Translations under genes and position numbers: made by a program
Assembly: GCF_029233945.1 (NCBI RefSeq)
Contig: NZ_JARGOQ010000011.1
Location: forward strand, 100-64,099
Source of the DNA: Sneathiella sp.
GTDB taxonomy: Bacteria > Pseudomonadota > Alphaproteobacteria > Sneathiellales > Sneathiellaceae
DNA: 64,000 nucleotides
Reading direction: 5' to 3'
In this document: positions 49,528 to 59,240 of the stretch, piece by piece
Layout: each line of letters starts with the position of its first letter
Position numbering within the stretch: the stretch's first letter is position 1
The notes under the pieces: model-generated
Told to the model about the DNA's origin: nothing
Seen by the model: the letters and a program-made list of their open reading frames with translations, nothing else
The model's database searches: none

Positions 49528-51047
49528 TACGCCAATCCCAGTTTCTCGGCCAGACCGATCCGTTGTAGTTTTCCCGTCGCACCCTTCGGTATTTCATCCA
49601 GCAGGGTGATGCTACGCGGTACTTTGAAGGCCGCGAGGCTCTTCGCCGCGAAATCTCGAAGCTCCGCTTCCGTTGCTTGCTGGCCATCCTTCAGAACGAT
49701 GGCTGCGGCCACTTCCTCCCCGAGCTTTTCATGGGGGAGGGCGAACGTCACGACCTGTTCCACTGCCGGATGGTTCATCAGTATTTCATCGACTTCACGC
49801 GGGGAAATCTTTTCGCCGCCGCGATTGATGATTTCCTTCAGCCGCCCCGTAAGGGAGAGATATCCGTCCGCTGTCAAGATTCCCTGATCGCCGGTGCGGA
49901 ACCAGCCGTCGCTGAAACCTTCCGCATTGGCTTTTGGATTATTTTCATATCCCTTCGTGACATTTTCCCCGCGAATGACAATCTCGCCTGTCTCGCCGGA
50001 TTTGAGCAATTGGCCATCTTCGGACATGATGGCAACCTCCGGTCCTGACGCGATGCCGACGCTGCCCGGAACACGTTTCGCCGGGGGCAGTGGGTTCGCC
50101 GCCATCTGATGGGACGCTTCGGTCATGCCATAGGCCTCAATCACCGGGCAATTCCACATATCCTCCAGCGCCGTCATGACCTGTGGTGGCAGGGACGCGG
50201 AGGAGGAGCGGATAAAGCGCAGCTTTGCCGCCTTCACAATTTCTTCGTTCCGTGCGCCCCGTGCGAGAATGGCCTGATGCATGGTCGGAACGGCCGTATA
50301 CCATGTCGGTTTTTCTTCATCGATCCATCCGAAGATTTTCAAGGCATTGAAGCCGGGCGTACAGGTCACGCTTGCGCCGGCCTTCAGGGATGCCAACACC
50401 GCCGCAATAAGCCCGTGAATATGAAAGAGCGGCATGATGTTAAGGCATTTGTCCTTCGGCGTGAGGGCGAGAGAACGGGCGATGTTGCGTGCCGAGGCAG
50501 CCACATTCCGATGGCTGAGCGGGACAATTTTCGGCCGCGAGGTTGTGCCGGACGTATGCAGGATCAGCGCGATGTCATCCGCTTCTGCTGGACCCGGAGA
50601 GGTGGCTCTCCCAACAGATTCACCCATCAGCTCAAAATTTCCGGCAGCGGCGTTTTCGGGAACAGTGAGTTCAATCACCATAACGCCGAGTTTTTGGGCG
50701 GCACCAACAGCCGGGCTTTTGCTGCCTTTCTCGACGATCAGGGCTTTGGCTTTCAGGTCTTCAAGGTAGAACTCAAATTCCTCCGCCTTATAATCGGGAT
50801 TGAGCGGCGCAGTGGTTGCGGCAGAGGCGACCGTGACAAAGGCACTCGCCATTTCCGGACCGTTTGGCAGGACAATTGCAACCCGGTCCCCCCGCCCGAT
50901 CCCGAGATTGTTCAGCCTTTCCGTCACATGGTTGCTTAGCTTGTTAAGGCCGTCATAGGTAAGGGACGCGCAACCCGGTGCACCGATGGCGGCATCTTCG
51001 CCTGCACCTGAGTTGATAAGCTCGCGCATTGTCGTCGCATCGGTCAT
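49527..51047 (-). CDS. acyl-CoA synthetase, oxalate-CoA ligase (Oxs/AAE3/Pcs60)-like
   Basis: APLNPDY, HTSGTTSRPK.VPLSHRN, TWYTAVPTMHQ, FIRSSSASLP, EAYGMTEASHQM. Confidence 0.85.
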   Translation of the reverse strand: MTDATTMRELINSGAGEDAAIGAPGCASLTYDGLNKLSNHVTERLNNLGIGRGDRVAIVLPNGPEMASAFVTVASAATTAPLNPDYKAEEFEFYLEDLKAKALIVEKGSKSPAVGAAQKLGVMVIELTVPENAAAGNFELMGESVGRATSPGPAEADDIALILHTSGTTSRPKIVPLSHRNVAASARNIARSLALTPKDKCLNIMPLFHIHGLIAAVLASLKAGASVTCTPGFNALKIFGWIDEEKPTWYTAVPTMHQAILARGARNEEIVKAAKLRFIRSSSASLPPQVMTALEDMWNCPVIEAYGMTEASHQMAANPLPPAKRVPGSVGIASGPEVAIMSEDGQLLKSGETGEIVIRGENVTKGYENNPKANAEGFSDGWFRTGDQGILTADGYLSLTGRLKEIINRGGEKISPREVDEILMNHPAVEQVVTFALPHEKLGEEVAAAIVLKDGQQATEAELRDFAAKSLAAFKVPRSITLLDEIPKGATGKLQRIGLAEKLGLA

Positions 51048-51064
51048 TGCTTCATCTTTCCAGG

Positions 51065-52669
51065 TTATCCAGTTTTGGTTTCCGCTTCAATCGCGGGCAA
51101 TCTCTCCCGAAGCTCATTCTTGGCGATTTTCTCCAAGGTTGAGCGCGGAAAATCGTCGAGGATAATAACATCTCGGACAACCTTGAAATCAGCAAGGTTC
51201 TTCTTGCAGGCCTCAATAAGGGCATCTTTCAAATTGTCTGGTGCATCGGCATTCGGGATCACAAAAACCACCGGCACTTCATCAAGCATATAGTGTTTTT
51301 GCCCGACGACGGCACATTCGCCAATCCAGCCGGTTTCCAAAACCACGGCTTCGATTTCAGACGCAGCAACATTCTCTGCCCCGACTTTCAGCATGTCTTT
51401 CTCCCGATCCCCGAAGAAGAGATTGCCATCCTCATCCATCTGGATCACGTCGCCGGTCTCGAACCAGCCGTCGGCATCGAAGGCTTTCGCATTGGCCTCC
51501 GGATTGCGGAAATATTCCTTGAACATGCTAACCCCGCGTACCCCGCGAATAAAAAGCGAGCCACGGCTACCGGGTTTGATATGATTGCCATCCTCATCCC
51601 GGATGGCAATGTCATAGCCCGGAGATACCCGGCCAATTCCCATCGCCGGACCCGGCTGATCAAAGTCGCCGACGATGCCTTGCGTGATGGTTTCCGTCAT
51701 GCCCCACCAGCCATATGTTTGAATGCCATAGACTTCCTCGACATCGGGAAGCCGGACGGCCGGACCCCAAAACCTGAAACTGTGATCCGGCGGGGGATCC
51801 TGGGCAAGCAAAGCTTTCACACAAAAAGGGATGAGGGAACTCCAGGTGCAGCCGGTTCGGCGTGCGACATCCCAGAAGCGTGAGGCGGAGAATTTCGGCT
51901 GCACGACAATCGTGCCACCGATCCAAAGACTGCTCAGCATGGAGTAGGATTGCGCATTTGTATGGAAGAGCGGCAGGAAGGTGAGGCAGATATCCTCATG
52001 GCGAAGCCGCATATGCGCAACGTTCATCTGCGCCCCCCAGATCGCATTGGCATGGGTCCAGAGTACGGCTTTTGGTCGTGACGTGGTGCCGGACGTGAAT
52101 TGTACGCCAAGATCGGCAAAGGGCTCCGTGCTTCTTGCGGGGCAGGCCGCCGTTTCAGCAAGCAGGTCCGCAAAGGGAATATGGGGGATATCCGCGGGCA
52201 CGTCCGCTGACGCACCTGCATCGTTATCGGTAACCGCCAGAAACTTGATGCCGGGGGCGGAATCATGCACAAGCCTGGCAAAGGAAGGCTGTGTGATGGC
52301 CGCGACAATCTCGGCATGATCCGCGAAATAAGTCATGTCGCGGGCGACGGAGCGGGTATTGGTGGAGACTGCCACCGCACCAATGCGCGCGCAGGCGAAC
52401 CAGGAAATCAGGAACTCCGGGCTATTGTCTATATGCAGCATGACCTTGTCGCCAAGGGTAACGCCATTTTTATACAGTGCGGCGGCGACCCGTTCCACCT
52501 GCGCCGCAAACTCGGCATAGGTAAAGGATTGCGGCTTTTCATCGAATGGCTCCCAGATTATGAAAGGTTTGTCGGGGCAGCGCTCTACCCATTGACGCAG
52601 CAGCCAGGGAATATCCCGGCCTTCGACCATGGATTTGTGGGATTGTGTGATGGTATCAATCAGACTCAT
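51065..52669 (-). CDS. AMP-binding CoA ligase (CaiC-like)
   Basis: FTSGTTSRPK, LPLFHTNAQ, WGMTE, TGD, LKVGAENVA. Confidence 0.88.
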   Translation of the reverse strand: MSLIDTITQSHKSMVEGRDIPWLLRQWVERCPDKPFIIWEPFDEKPQSFTYAEFAAQVERVAAALYKNGVTLGDKVMLHIDNSPEFLISWFACARIGAVAVSTNTRSVARDMTYFADHAEIVAAITQPSFARLVHDSAPGIKFLAVTDNDAGASADVPADIPHIPFADLLAETAACPARSTEPFADLGVQFTSGTTSRPKAVLWTHANAIWGAQMNVAHMRLRHEDICLTFLPLFHTNAQSYSMLSSLWIGGTIVVQPKFSASRFWDVARRTGCTWSSLIPFCVKALLAQDPPPDHSFRFWGPAVRLPDVEEVYGIQTYGWWGMTETITQGIVGDFDQPGPAMGIGRVSPGYDIAIRDEDGNHIKPGSRGSLFIRGVRGVSMFKEYFRNPEANAKAFDADGWFETGDVIQMDEDGNLFFGDREKDMLKVGAENVAASEIEAVVLETGWIGECAVVGQKHYMLDEVPVVFVIPNADAPDNLKDALIEACKKNLADFKVVRDVIILDDFPRSTLEKIAKNELRERLPAIEAETKTG

Positions 52670-52817
52670 TTCTCACCTGCCTTTTTATTTTTTTAAATCA
52701 TAAAAAGGAAACGGGATGAACGCCAGCTTCTCGTATCCGATCGCTGTCTTTTCCGCATTATGAGATGAGTCGAATAGAATACCACTTTGCGATAAAGGGT
52801 GCTTTTTCAGATTGAAC

Positions 52818-54146
52818 TCAGGCAACGCTTGCTAAGCGATGAACGGCGGAATCTTTGGGTAGATGAATACGCGAGCGTGACGGATCGATTTGCCAGGGGC
52901 GCAAATGGCCACCCAACGCCTCCGCCGCCGCAAGACCGGACTGAATGCCGTCTTCATGAAAACCATACCCGAAATAGCTGCCACAGAACCAGAGGTTTTG
53001 ATGTCCCTGCAAATTCCAGAGCATCTTCTGGGCGGCAATGGCCGCGTTGTCGAACAGCGGATGATCATAAGGAAAACTTCTGAGGACCGTGCCGTCTTTC
53101 GGTTCAACCGCCGGGTTGAGGGTGACGAAATAATTCTTGTTTGTGTTCAGCTTTTGAAGCCGGTTCATCCAATAGGTGACGGAGAGATCTTCCCGCGAAG
53201 AGACATCGTGATCATCGCCAATATAGTTCCAGCTAGCCCAGGCCTTGCGCCGTTTCGGCATAAGCGATGGATCGGAATGGAGGATTGCGAGGTTTTTCTT
53301 ATATTTGAAGGAACCCAGCAGCTTCTTCTGGGCGGGCGTTGGCTCGGCGATGAGGGACAAGGCCTGATCCGCATGGGTGGCAAGTAAGACGTCGTCAAAC
53401 TGCTGTACATGCCCGTTCCTGCATTCGACCAGAACGCCGGATTCGCCGGTATGGACCGCAGCAACCGCACTATTTAGGTGAATGCACCCAGAAAGGATAT
53501 CGGCAACCCGGTCAACATACTGGCGGCTGCCGCCGGTAACGGTCCGCCATTCAGGCCGGTCGGAAATTTGCAAGAGGCCGTGGTTCTGGCAAAACCGAAT
53601 GAAGGTGGCTGCCGGGTAGTTGAGCATGTTTTTCGCCGGGATCGACCAGATTGCGGCACCCATGGGCAGTAGATGGCAATCCATGAAATAACGACCATAG
53701 CCGCCCAGCACGAGAAACTTCCCGAGCGTCCAATGCTCCGTTTCCGCGCGATCCAGAAATTCTGGAGCTTCGCGATAGAACTTCAGAATGTCGCGGATCA
53801 TTCGCCAGAACGCAGGCCGGAGGAGATTTGATTTCTGGGCGAGCAGAGCCGTCGTTGATGCCCCAGAATATTCAAATTTTCCATTATCGAAAGACACACT
53901 GAAAGACACCTCGCCCGGTTGGGTGGAGATGTTCAACTGTTCAAAAAATGCGACCAGATTAGGGTAGTTTAACTCGTTATATACAATAAAACCGGTATCA
54001 ATATATTGGCCGTCGATTTCAACGGTGTTGCTGTGACCGCCGAGGCGATCATCCTTTTCGAACAAGGTGACGTCGTGATTTTGCGCCAGCAGCCAGGCCG
54101 CTGACAACCCTGAAATCCCACTTCCGATGACTGCTATTTTTTTCAT
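52818..54146 (-). CDS. FAD-dependent oxidoreductase of the cfa-associated family (UfaD/RSP1091-like)
   Basis: GSGISGLSAAW, GGHSNT, DTGFIVYN..NYPN, ASWNY, YDHP, GYGFHEDG. Confidence 0.85.
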   Translation of the reverse strand: MKKIAVIGSGISGLSAAWLLAQNHDVTLFEKDDRLGGHSNTVEIDGQYIDTGFIVYNELNYPNLVAFFEQLNISTQPGEVSFSVSFDNGKFEYSGASTTALLAQKSNLLRPAFWRMIRDILKFYREAPEFLDRAETEHWTLGKFLVLGGYGRYFMDCHLLPMGAAIWSIPAKNMLNYPAATFIRFCQNHGLLQISDRPEWRTVTGGSRQYVDRVADILSGCIHLNSAVAAVHTGESGVLVECRNGHVQQFDDVLLATHADQALSLIAEPTPAQKKLLGSFKYKKNLAILHSDPSLMPKRRKAWASWNYIGDDHDVSSREDLSVTYWMNRLQKLNTNKNYFVTLNPAVEPKDGTVLRSFPYDHPLFDNAAIAAQKMLWNLQGHQNLWFCGSYFGYGFHEDGIQSGLAAAEALGGHLRPWQIDPSRSRIHLPKDSAVHRLASVA

Positions 54147-54183
54147 TTTTCCATCCGCCGTGTTCTCGTCGATTAACTTGAGA

Positions 54184-54209
54184 TACGCGAATAGAAGGAG
54201 GATGGATCA
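54184..54209 (-). promoter_or_regulatory. sigmaE (RpoE-ChrR) promoter of the FAD oxidoreductase
   Basis: minus strand TGATCC (54209-54204) - N16 - CGTA (54187-54184). Confidence 0.8.
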
Positions 54210-54229
54210 CAAAAAAAGCCGGTTCAAAA

Positions 54230-54255
54230 TGATCCGGTTATCCAATTGCTCCGTA
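54230..54255 (+). promoter_or_regulatory. autoregulatory sigmaE promoter of rpoE-chrR
   Basis: TGATCC (54230-54235) - N16 - CGTA (54252-54255). Confidence 0.8.
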
Positions 54256-54310
54256 ATAAGGTAGACTATAGAATAACGTAAAGTGGCTGTTACGATATTT
54301 ATAGGCAAGC

Positions 54311-54904
54311 ATGACCTCACCAGATGGTATCAGGCAGGATAGAACGGGGACACGAGCACTCCCGGAGGAACTGGACAAAGACCTGACGGCGGTTGGTCTT
54401 GACCAGGATCCTTCAGCGTTCCGGCGCTTGTTTGCCAATCTTGCGCCGCGGCTGAAGTATTTCATGATCAAGGGCGGCATGATCGAGAGCGCGGCCGAAG
54501 ATGTGATGCAGGATACGATGCTGAAGGTCTGGCGAAAGGCCGCTCTGTTTGACAGCTCCAAGGCGTCGGCCTCAACCTGGGTCTATACGATTGCGCGTAA
54601 TGTGAAGATTGACCGATTACGAAAGGAACACCGACCAGAGCCCGACCCGGAAGATCCCTGCTTTGTACCGGATGATCCGGAAACCGGAGAGCAGGCCGTC
54701 AGCCGCAAACAGGATAGAGAACGCATTCAAAAAGCGATGGCGATGCTGCCGCCAGAACAGATGACAATTATCAAGTTGTCTTTTTTTGAGGAAAAATCGC
54801 ACGGTGAAATTGCCGAGATGCTGGATATCCCCCTCGGTACCGTCAAGTCCAGAATACGTTTGGCTTTTAGAAAAATCCGAACGGAATTGGAGGGTTTGAA
54901 ATGA
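54311..54904 (+). CDS. rpoE: ECF sigma factor RpoE (ChrR-associated)
   Basis: AEDVMQDTMLKVWRKA, STWVYTIARN, GTVKSRIR; 4-nt overlap with chrR. Confidence 0.92.
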   Translation: MTSPDGIRQDRTGTRALPEELDKDLTAVGLDQDPSAFRRLFANLAPRLKYFMIKGGMIESAAEDVMQDTMLKVWRKAALFDSSKASASTWVYTIARNVKIDRLRKEHRPEPDPEDPCFVPDDPETGEQAVSRKQDRERIQKAMAMLPPEQMTIIKLSFFEEKSHGEIAEMLDIPLGTVKSRIRLAFRKIRTELEGLK

Positions 54905-55575
54905 ATATACGGCATCATATCGGCGACGATACGCTGATGGCATATGTCAACGGAACCCTTGAGGACGCGCTGTCGGTCGTTGTGGCAACCCATCTGGCGA
55001 TATGTCCCAAATGCCGTAGAAGCGTCTCATTGATGGAGGATATGGCCGGTCTGTTGTTGATGGAGACCGAAGCCGCAGCCTTGTCCGCGACGGAAGAGGC
55101 GATGGCGGACATGATCCCGAACCGTGCGCATCCGGAACCCCACGCTCAGGATCGTTCATCGCGAACGCAGGATTATTCGAATACCGGTGTGCCGATGCCC
55201 TTGGCGGAGCGCATGCCGACGTCACTTGATGATATTCCCTGGCGGACATTGGGCCCCGGCGTTAGCCATTACCCCCTGCCAAGAGCGAGTGCGCAGAAGG
55301 TTAAGGGGACGCTTCGTCTGCTGAAGATCGCCCCGGGCAAGGTCATGCCTGAACATGGCCATTCGGGTCGGGAGCTTACGCTGGTTCTTCGTGGATCCTA
55401 TATTGATGATTTTGGCCGATTTCAGGCCGGAGATATCGCCGACCTTGATAGCGATATTCTGCATCAGCCTGTCGCTGATACGGCGGAAGACTGTATCTGT
55501 CTGATAGCGACCGATGCGCCGCTGAAGTTCTCCGGCTTTTTCAGTCGTCTGTTACAGCCTGTCTTCGGGTTTTGA
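54901..55575 (+). CDS. chrR: anti-sigma factor ChrR
   Basis: HIGDDTL, HLAICPKC zinc motif, C-terminal cupin PEHGHSGRELTLVLRG. Confidence 0.93.
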   Translation: MNIRHHIGDDTLMAYVNGTLEDALSVVVATHLAICPKCRRSVSLMEDMAGLLLMETEAAALSATEEAMADMIPNRAHPEPHAQDRSSRTQDYSNTGVPMPLAERMPTSLDDIPWRTLGPGVSHYPLPRASAQKVKGTLRLLKIAPGKVMPEHGHSGRELTLVLRGSYIDDFGRFQAGDIADLDSDILHQPVADTAEDCICLIATDAPLKFSGFFSRLLQPVFGF

Positions 55576-56041
55576 CTTAAGTCCTCCTGAACTATTATTG
55601 ATGAATTACTTGCGGCCTTGCAAATTGATTGTGAGGATATTCGCAGTAAAGCGCAAGATCTAGCCTTTGATATATAGTTAATTCCGTTAGTAATATTTTA
55701 ATAAATTTATATGTATTAAGTAAGTTCTCCTTAAATGGAGAAGTGAATTTAAGATAAAGAGTTATTGTTTCTATCGATATCTACCAATAGTTGTTGTGTT
55801 TGGTTTGTTTTTGTTCTCGGAACTTGTCTTTGCAGAAGATAAAAAGGAAATTGTTGTTGATATGGTGAACAGTAACGTGGGTCATTGTGAGACAGTTGTT
55901 CAAAAACACTTCTATATGAAAAGAACCGGTAACGTTTATTTCGACATTGGTTTCTTCGATTGAGTAAACCTCGGTATCGTATGGTCGTTCCAAAACGATC
56001 ATGCTTACGCCCATTACAGTAATTTGAGAAGGTAAAGGCTT

Positions 56042-57823
56042 ATGAGTGTCCAGAACTTAAAGATTTCAACCAAACTATTCATCGCGCCGATGATTTTTGT
56101 CGCCTCCCTGATCATATTGGGTGTCGTGGCTTATGTCGGACTAAGTAATTCTCAATCCACCATGGCGGCCCTGCACAAACAGGACACGCAGAAAATTGGT
56201 GCCGCAGTGCGTTTTCAGCGCGATTTACAGGCGCTTAACGGTGACCTGTTTCGTCTGATTTCGGAAGCCACGGCTGGTTTTGAGGAAGAAAAGCTTGCTG
56301 ATGAACGTCAGAAAGACTTGGCAACGATTGCTAAACTGACAAATTCCTTCAGTACTGCCACTGAATCGGATCAGTTTACGGAAACTGAATTGCAAATTCT
56401 GGCCAGGGCGAAGAAGGAACTTCAAAGCTATAGCGTTGCCGCTACAGAAGTCATCAAAATGACAGAGTCCAATGTCTCCGGCTCGGCTATCAAGATGGCT
56501 GAGGCAGATGAGCAGTTCCATGCTTTGTATAAAGAATTTGATGAGCTGACGACCCTTTGGAACGAAATGGGCGAAGAGTCTCTTGCTGAGGCTACTACCG
56601 CAATCAAGAACATTGAGATCACCTTTATCGTAATCGCGGTCCTGGCTTTGGTTATTTCCTGCGCGGTTACATATGTTACAATGCGTATGATCACCAGGCC
56701 AATTATCGGAATCACCGACGTTATGGCAAAGCTGGCTGAAGGGGATAGCACGGTCGAAATCGGCTCCCAGGATCAGAAAGATGAAATTGGTGAAATGGCG
56801 CGCGCGGTGCAGGTGTTCAAGGATAACGCTCTTGAACAGCAGCGTCTTGAGGCTGAAGCAAAACGTTCGGTTGAAGAACGAGCAGAGCATGAACGCGCTG
56901 AACGTGAACGCGAGGCCAAGCGTGAAGCCGATGAACGTGCCCGCGAGCAGGCGGAGAATGCCGCCAAGCAGGAACGAGCCGAAAAGATTTCAGGGCTGAT
57001 CGCGAATTTCGAAGGACGTGTACAGGAAGTCCTGGAGACGGTGATACATGCTGTTCGCGAATTGCAGGACACGGCTAATTCAATGACCCAGACGGCGGGC
57101 TCTTCACAGGAATTGTCTGAAGCTGTTGCTGCGGCTTCCGAAGAGGCATCTGCCAATGTGCAAACTGTGGCGGCGGCGGCAGAAGAGTTAACCTCTTCAA
57201 TCAATGAAATCAGCCGTCAGGTACAGCAGGCGAATAATGTGTCCGAGCAGGCAGTTACTGAGGCTGCCAGCAGCTCGACCTCTGTCTCCAAGCTTGCGGA
57301 AACCGCGAGAAAAATCAGCGAAGTGGTCAATATGATCAATGATATCGCCGGTCAGACGAACCTGCTTGCCTTGAACGCCACGATTGAGGCGGCCCGCGCC
57401 GGGGAAGCGGGCAAGGGCTTTGCTGTCGTTGCTTCTGAAGTTAAGAGCCTGGCGACCCAGACCGCCCGCGCAACCGAAGAGATCGGCGGTCAGATCAACG
57501 ATATGCAGTTCGCAACCGAGGAAGCGGTTTCGGCTATCGGTAATATCGACGGGGTGATCAATACGATCCGCGAAAGCACAGTTAGTATCTCCTCTGCGAT
57601 TGAGGAGCAGAGCGCGGCCACTAACGAAATTTCCCGGAACGTTCAGGAAGCCTCCAGCGGGACGTCGGAAGTCTCTGCGAAGATTGGTGAAGTCTCTACC
57701 AAAGCAGGGGAGACAGGCGCCGCTGCGTCGCAGGTACTGTCTGCTTCTACCAGGCTTGAAGAACTTTCCGGAAATCTCCGGCAGGATATTGATAGCTTCC
57801 TCAAAGAGGTGCGCGCCGCTTGA
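56042..57823 (+). CDS. methyl-accepting chemotaxis protein
   Basis: two TMs around a periplasmic helical domain, HAMP (DEIGEMARAV), signalling hairpin IAGQTNLLALNATIEAARAGEAGKGFAVVASEVK. Confidence 0.95.
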   Translation: MSVQNLKISTKLFIAPMIFVASLIILGVVAYVGLSNSQSTMAALHKQDTQKIGAAVRFQRDLQALNGDLFRLISEATAGFEEEKLADERQKDLATIAKLTNSFSTATESDQFTETELQILARAKKELQSYSVAATEVIKMTESNVSGSAIKMAEADEQFHALYKEFDELTTLWNEMGEESLAEATTAIKNIEITFIVIAVLALVISCAVTYVTMRMITRPIIGITDVMAKLAEGDSTVEIGSQDQKDEIGEMARAVQVFKDNALEQQRLEAEAKRSVEERAEHERAEREREAKREADERAREQAENAAKQERAEKISGLIANFEGRVQEVLETVIHAVRELQDTANSMTQTAGSSQELSEAVAAASEEASANVQTVAAAAEELTSSINEISRQVQQANNVSEQAVTEAASSSTSVSKLAETARKISEVVNMINDIAGQTNLLALNATIEAARAGEAGKGFAVVASEVKSLATQTARATEEIGGQINDMQFATEEAVSAIGNIDGVINTIRESTVSISSAIEEQSAATNEISRNVQEASSGTSEVSAKIGEVSTKAGETGAAASQVLSASTRLEELSGNLRQDIDSFLKEVRAA

Positions 57824-57849
57824 TTGCACGCTAAATCTTGAGATCCCAC

Positions 57850-57891
57850 AACGGCGGCTCATGGTGATTTTTCATCATGGGCCGTTTTTTT
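57850..57891 (+). terminator. probable terminator after the MCP gene
   Basis: imperfect stem AACGGC..CTCATG / CATGGGCCGTT followed by T tract. Confidence 0.55.
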
Positions 57892-58088
57892 ATGATTATC
57901 GGGGCAGCTTTGGCTGCCTTTACCCGCTTCTGCCGCAGGCTAAAAAATACACATTGCAAATGATTGATACAAAAAAATCTGTTTCACGCTGGCAATTCAA
58001 TCGCAGGGATTGTAAATCTTTTCAGCAGCCGGTCGGCCCGGCCGGAGAATCGGGCATTGGATATGAAGCTTTTGGAAGGACGATAGTG

Positions 58089-58496
58089 ATGAAACAGTTT
58101 TTTAAATTAGCGATGGTCGCCGCACTGGCCGTTTTGGTCAGTGGGTGCTTTGGGCGTGTTCAGCCTGTCTATAATGCCGAAGCTAATCCGGTTCCGGTCA
58201 AGCTCCAGGAAACATCCTTGGAAAATATCGGCACAATCATCCAGACAGCCGCCATCAACCGCGGTTGGGTTGTCAATGAAGTTGCGCCGGGCAAGATGAA
58301 GGCGACGCTGCACAACCGCACACATGTTGCTGTCATTGACATTACCTACTCCAAGAAAGACTATTCGATCAATTATGTTTCCAGCGTTGATTTGCTGTAT
58401 GACGGATCGAAAATTCACCGGAGCTATAATAAATGGATCCGGACCTTGCAGAACGATATCAACAAGAACCTGAACATCGCTTCCCTCAAAGCCTGA
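58089..58496 (+). CDS. small lipoprotein heading the ape-like cluster
   Basis: GAAGGA SD, ATG 58089, lipobox LVSG-C (Cys20), IHRSYNKWI C-terminal segment; track ORF 57600 is an upstream over-extension. Confidence 0.8.
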   Translation: MKQFFKLAMVAALAVLVSGCFGRVQPVYNAEANPVPVKLQETSLENIGTIIQTAAINRGWVVNEVAPGKMKATLHNRTHVAVIDITYSKKDYSINYVSSVDLLYDGSKIHRSYNKWIRTLQNDINKNLNIASLKA

Positions 58497-58505
58497 GGAT
58501 GATAA

Positions 58506-59240
58506 GTGGAGACCAGGGTTTCATTCACGGTTCAACGATGGTCCGCCTGGGCACCGTCACTCGATAGTCCCGAGGCTTGGCGGCTTTGGGCGGACGGCGA
58601 TACCGACTTGCCGGTTGAGGAGGCCGTGCCGGATGTGCGTGACCTTCCGACGGGACTGCGCCGACGCCTATCCCGATTGGGCAAAATCGCCCTTCGTGTC
58701 GCTATGGATATCGAGACTGAAGAAACACCCCGTGTTGTTTTCAGTTCCCGCAACGGCAATGTCACGGAAATGCTGTCATTACTGAAAAGCCTGGCGGTGG
58801 AGGAGCCTATCTCCCCCACCGGCTTTGGCATGTCGGTGCATAATTCCCTTGCCGGAATGCTGTCCATCGTCAGTAAGAACCGCGCATCGCAGACGGCAAT
58901 TGCCGCCGGCGGGGAAAGTCTGTGTCTGGGCCTGATAGAGGCGTTGACCTGCCTGAAAGAAGACCCGTCGGTGCCAGTGTTACTGCTGCATGCCGATGAG
59001 ACGCTTCCTGATTTCTATGCGCCATTTCAGGATACCGGGGTGCCTGTTTGTGCGCTGGCGTTGCTGATTGGCGTGGCGGAGGAAGGCGAAGAGGCATACT
59101 CGCTCGGATTTTCCGGCACAGAGACACGGTCGGCGCCAGGTGATCCGCTGAAAAATTTTATCCGATTTCTTCTGCGCGGGGAGGCCGACTGGAACTGGTC
59201 CGGTGCACAAGGTGACTGGTGGTGTCGACGTCATGCTTGA
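58506..59240 (+). CDS. beta-ketoacyl synthase chain-length factor (ApeC-like)
   Basis: PTGLRRRLSRLGK, VFSSRNG, SPTGFGMSVHN; no catalytic Cys. Confidence 0.85.
   Translation: METRVSFTVQRWSAWAPSLDSPEAWRLWADGDTDLPVEEAVPDVRDLPTGLRRRLSRLGKIALRVAMDIETEETPRVVFSSRNGNVTEMLSLLKSLAVEEPISPTGFGMSVHNSLAGMLSIVSKNRASQTAIAAGGESLCLGLIEALTCLKEDPSVPVLLLHADETLPDFYAPFQDTGVPVCALALLIGVAEEGEEAYSLGFSGTETRSAPGDPLKNFIRFLLRGEADWNWSGAQGDWWCRRHA

Noticed and set aside
52700-52817. Possible DUF1365 remnant (KSTLYR-like frame) after the UfaD-like gene
   Set aside because: Match of about five residues with no start codon; too weak to call a pseudogene.
55781-56014. 77-aa minus-strand ORF in the AT-rich spacer
   Set aside because: No motif or clear SD, composition unlike neighbouring genes, lies in the likely MCP promoter region.
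57600-58088. N-terminal extension of the 298-aa track ORF; likewise extensions at 48390-48509, 28975-29043, 30269-30307, 25732-25794
   Set aside because: They overlap other genes, terminators or promoters; SD-supported downstream starts fit the protein families better.
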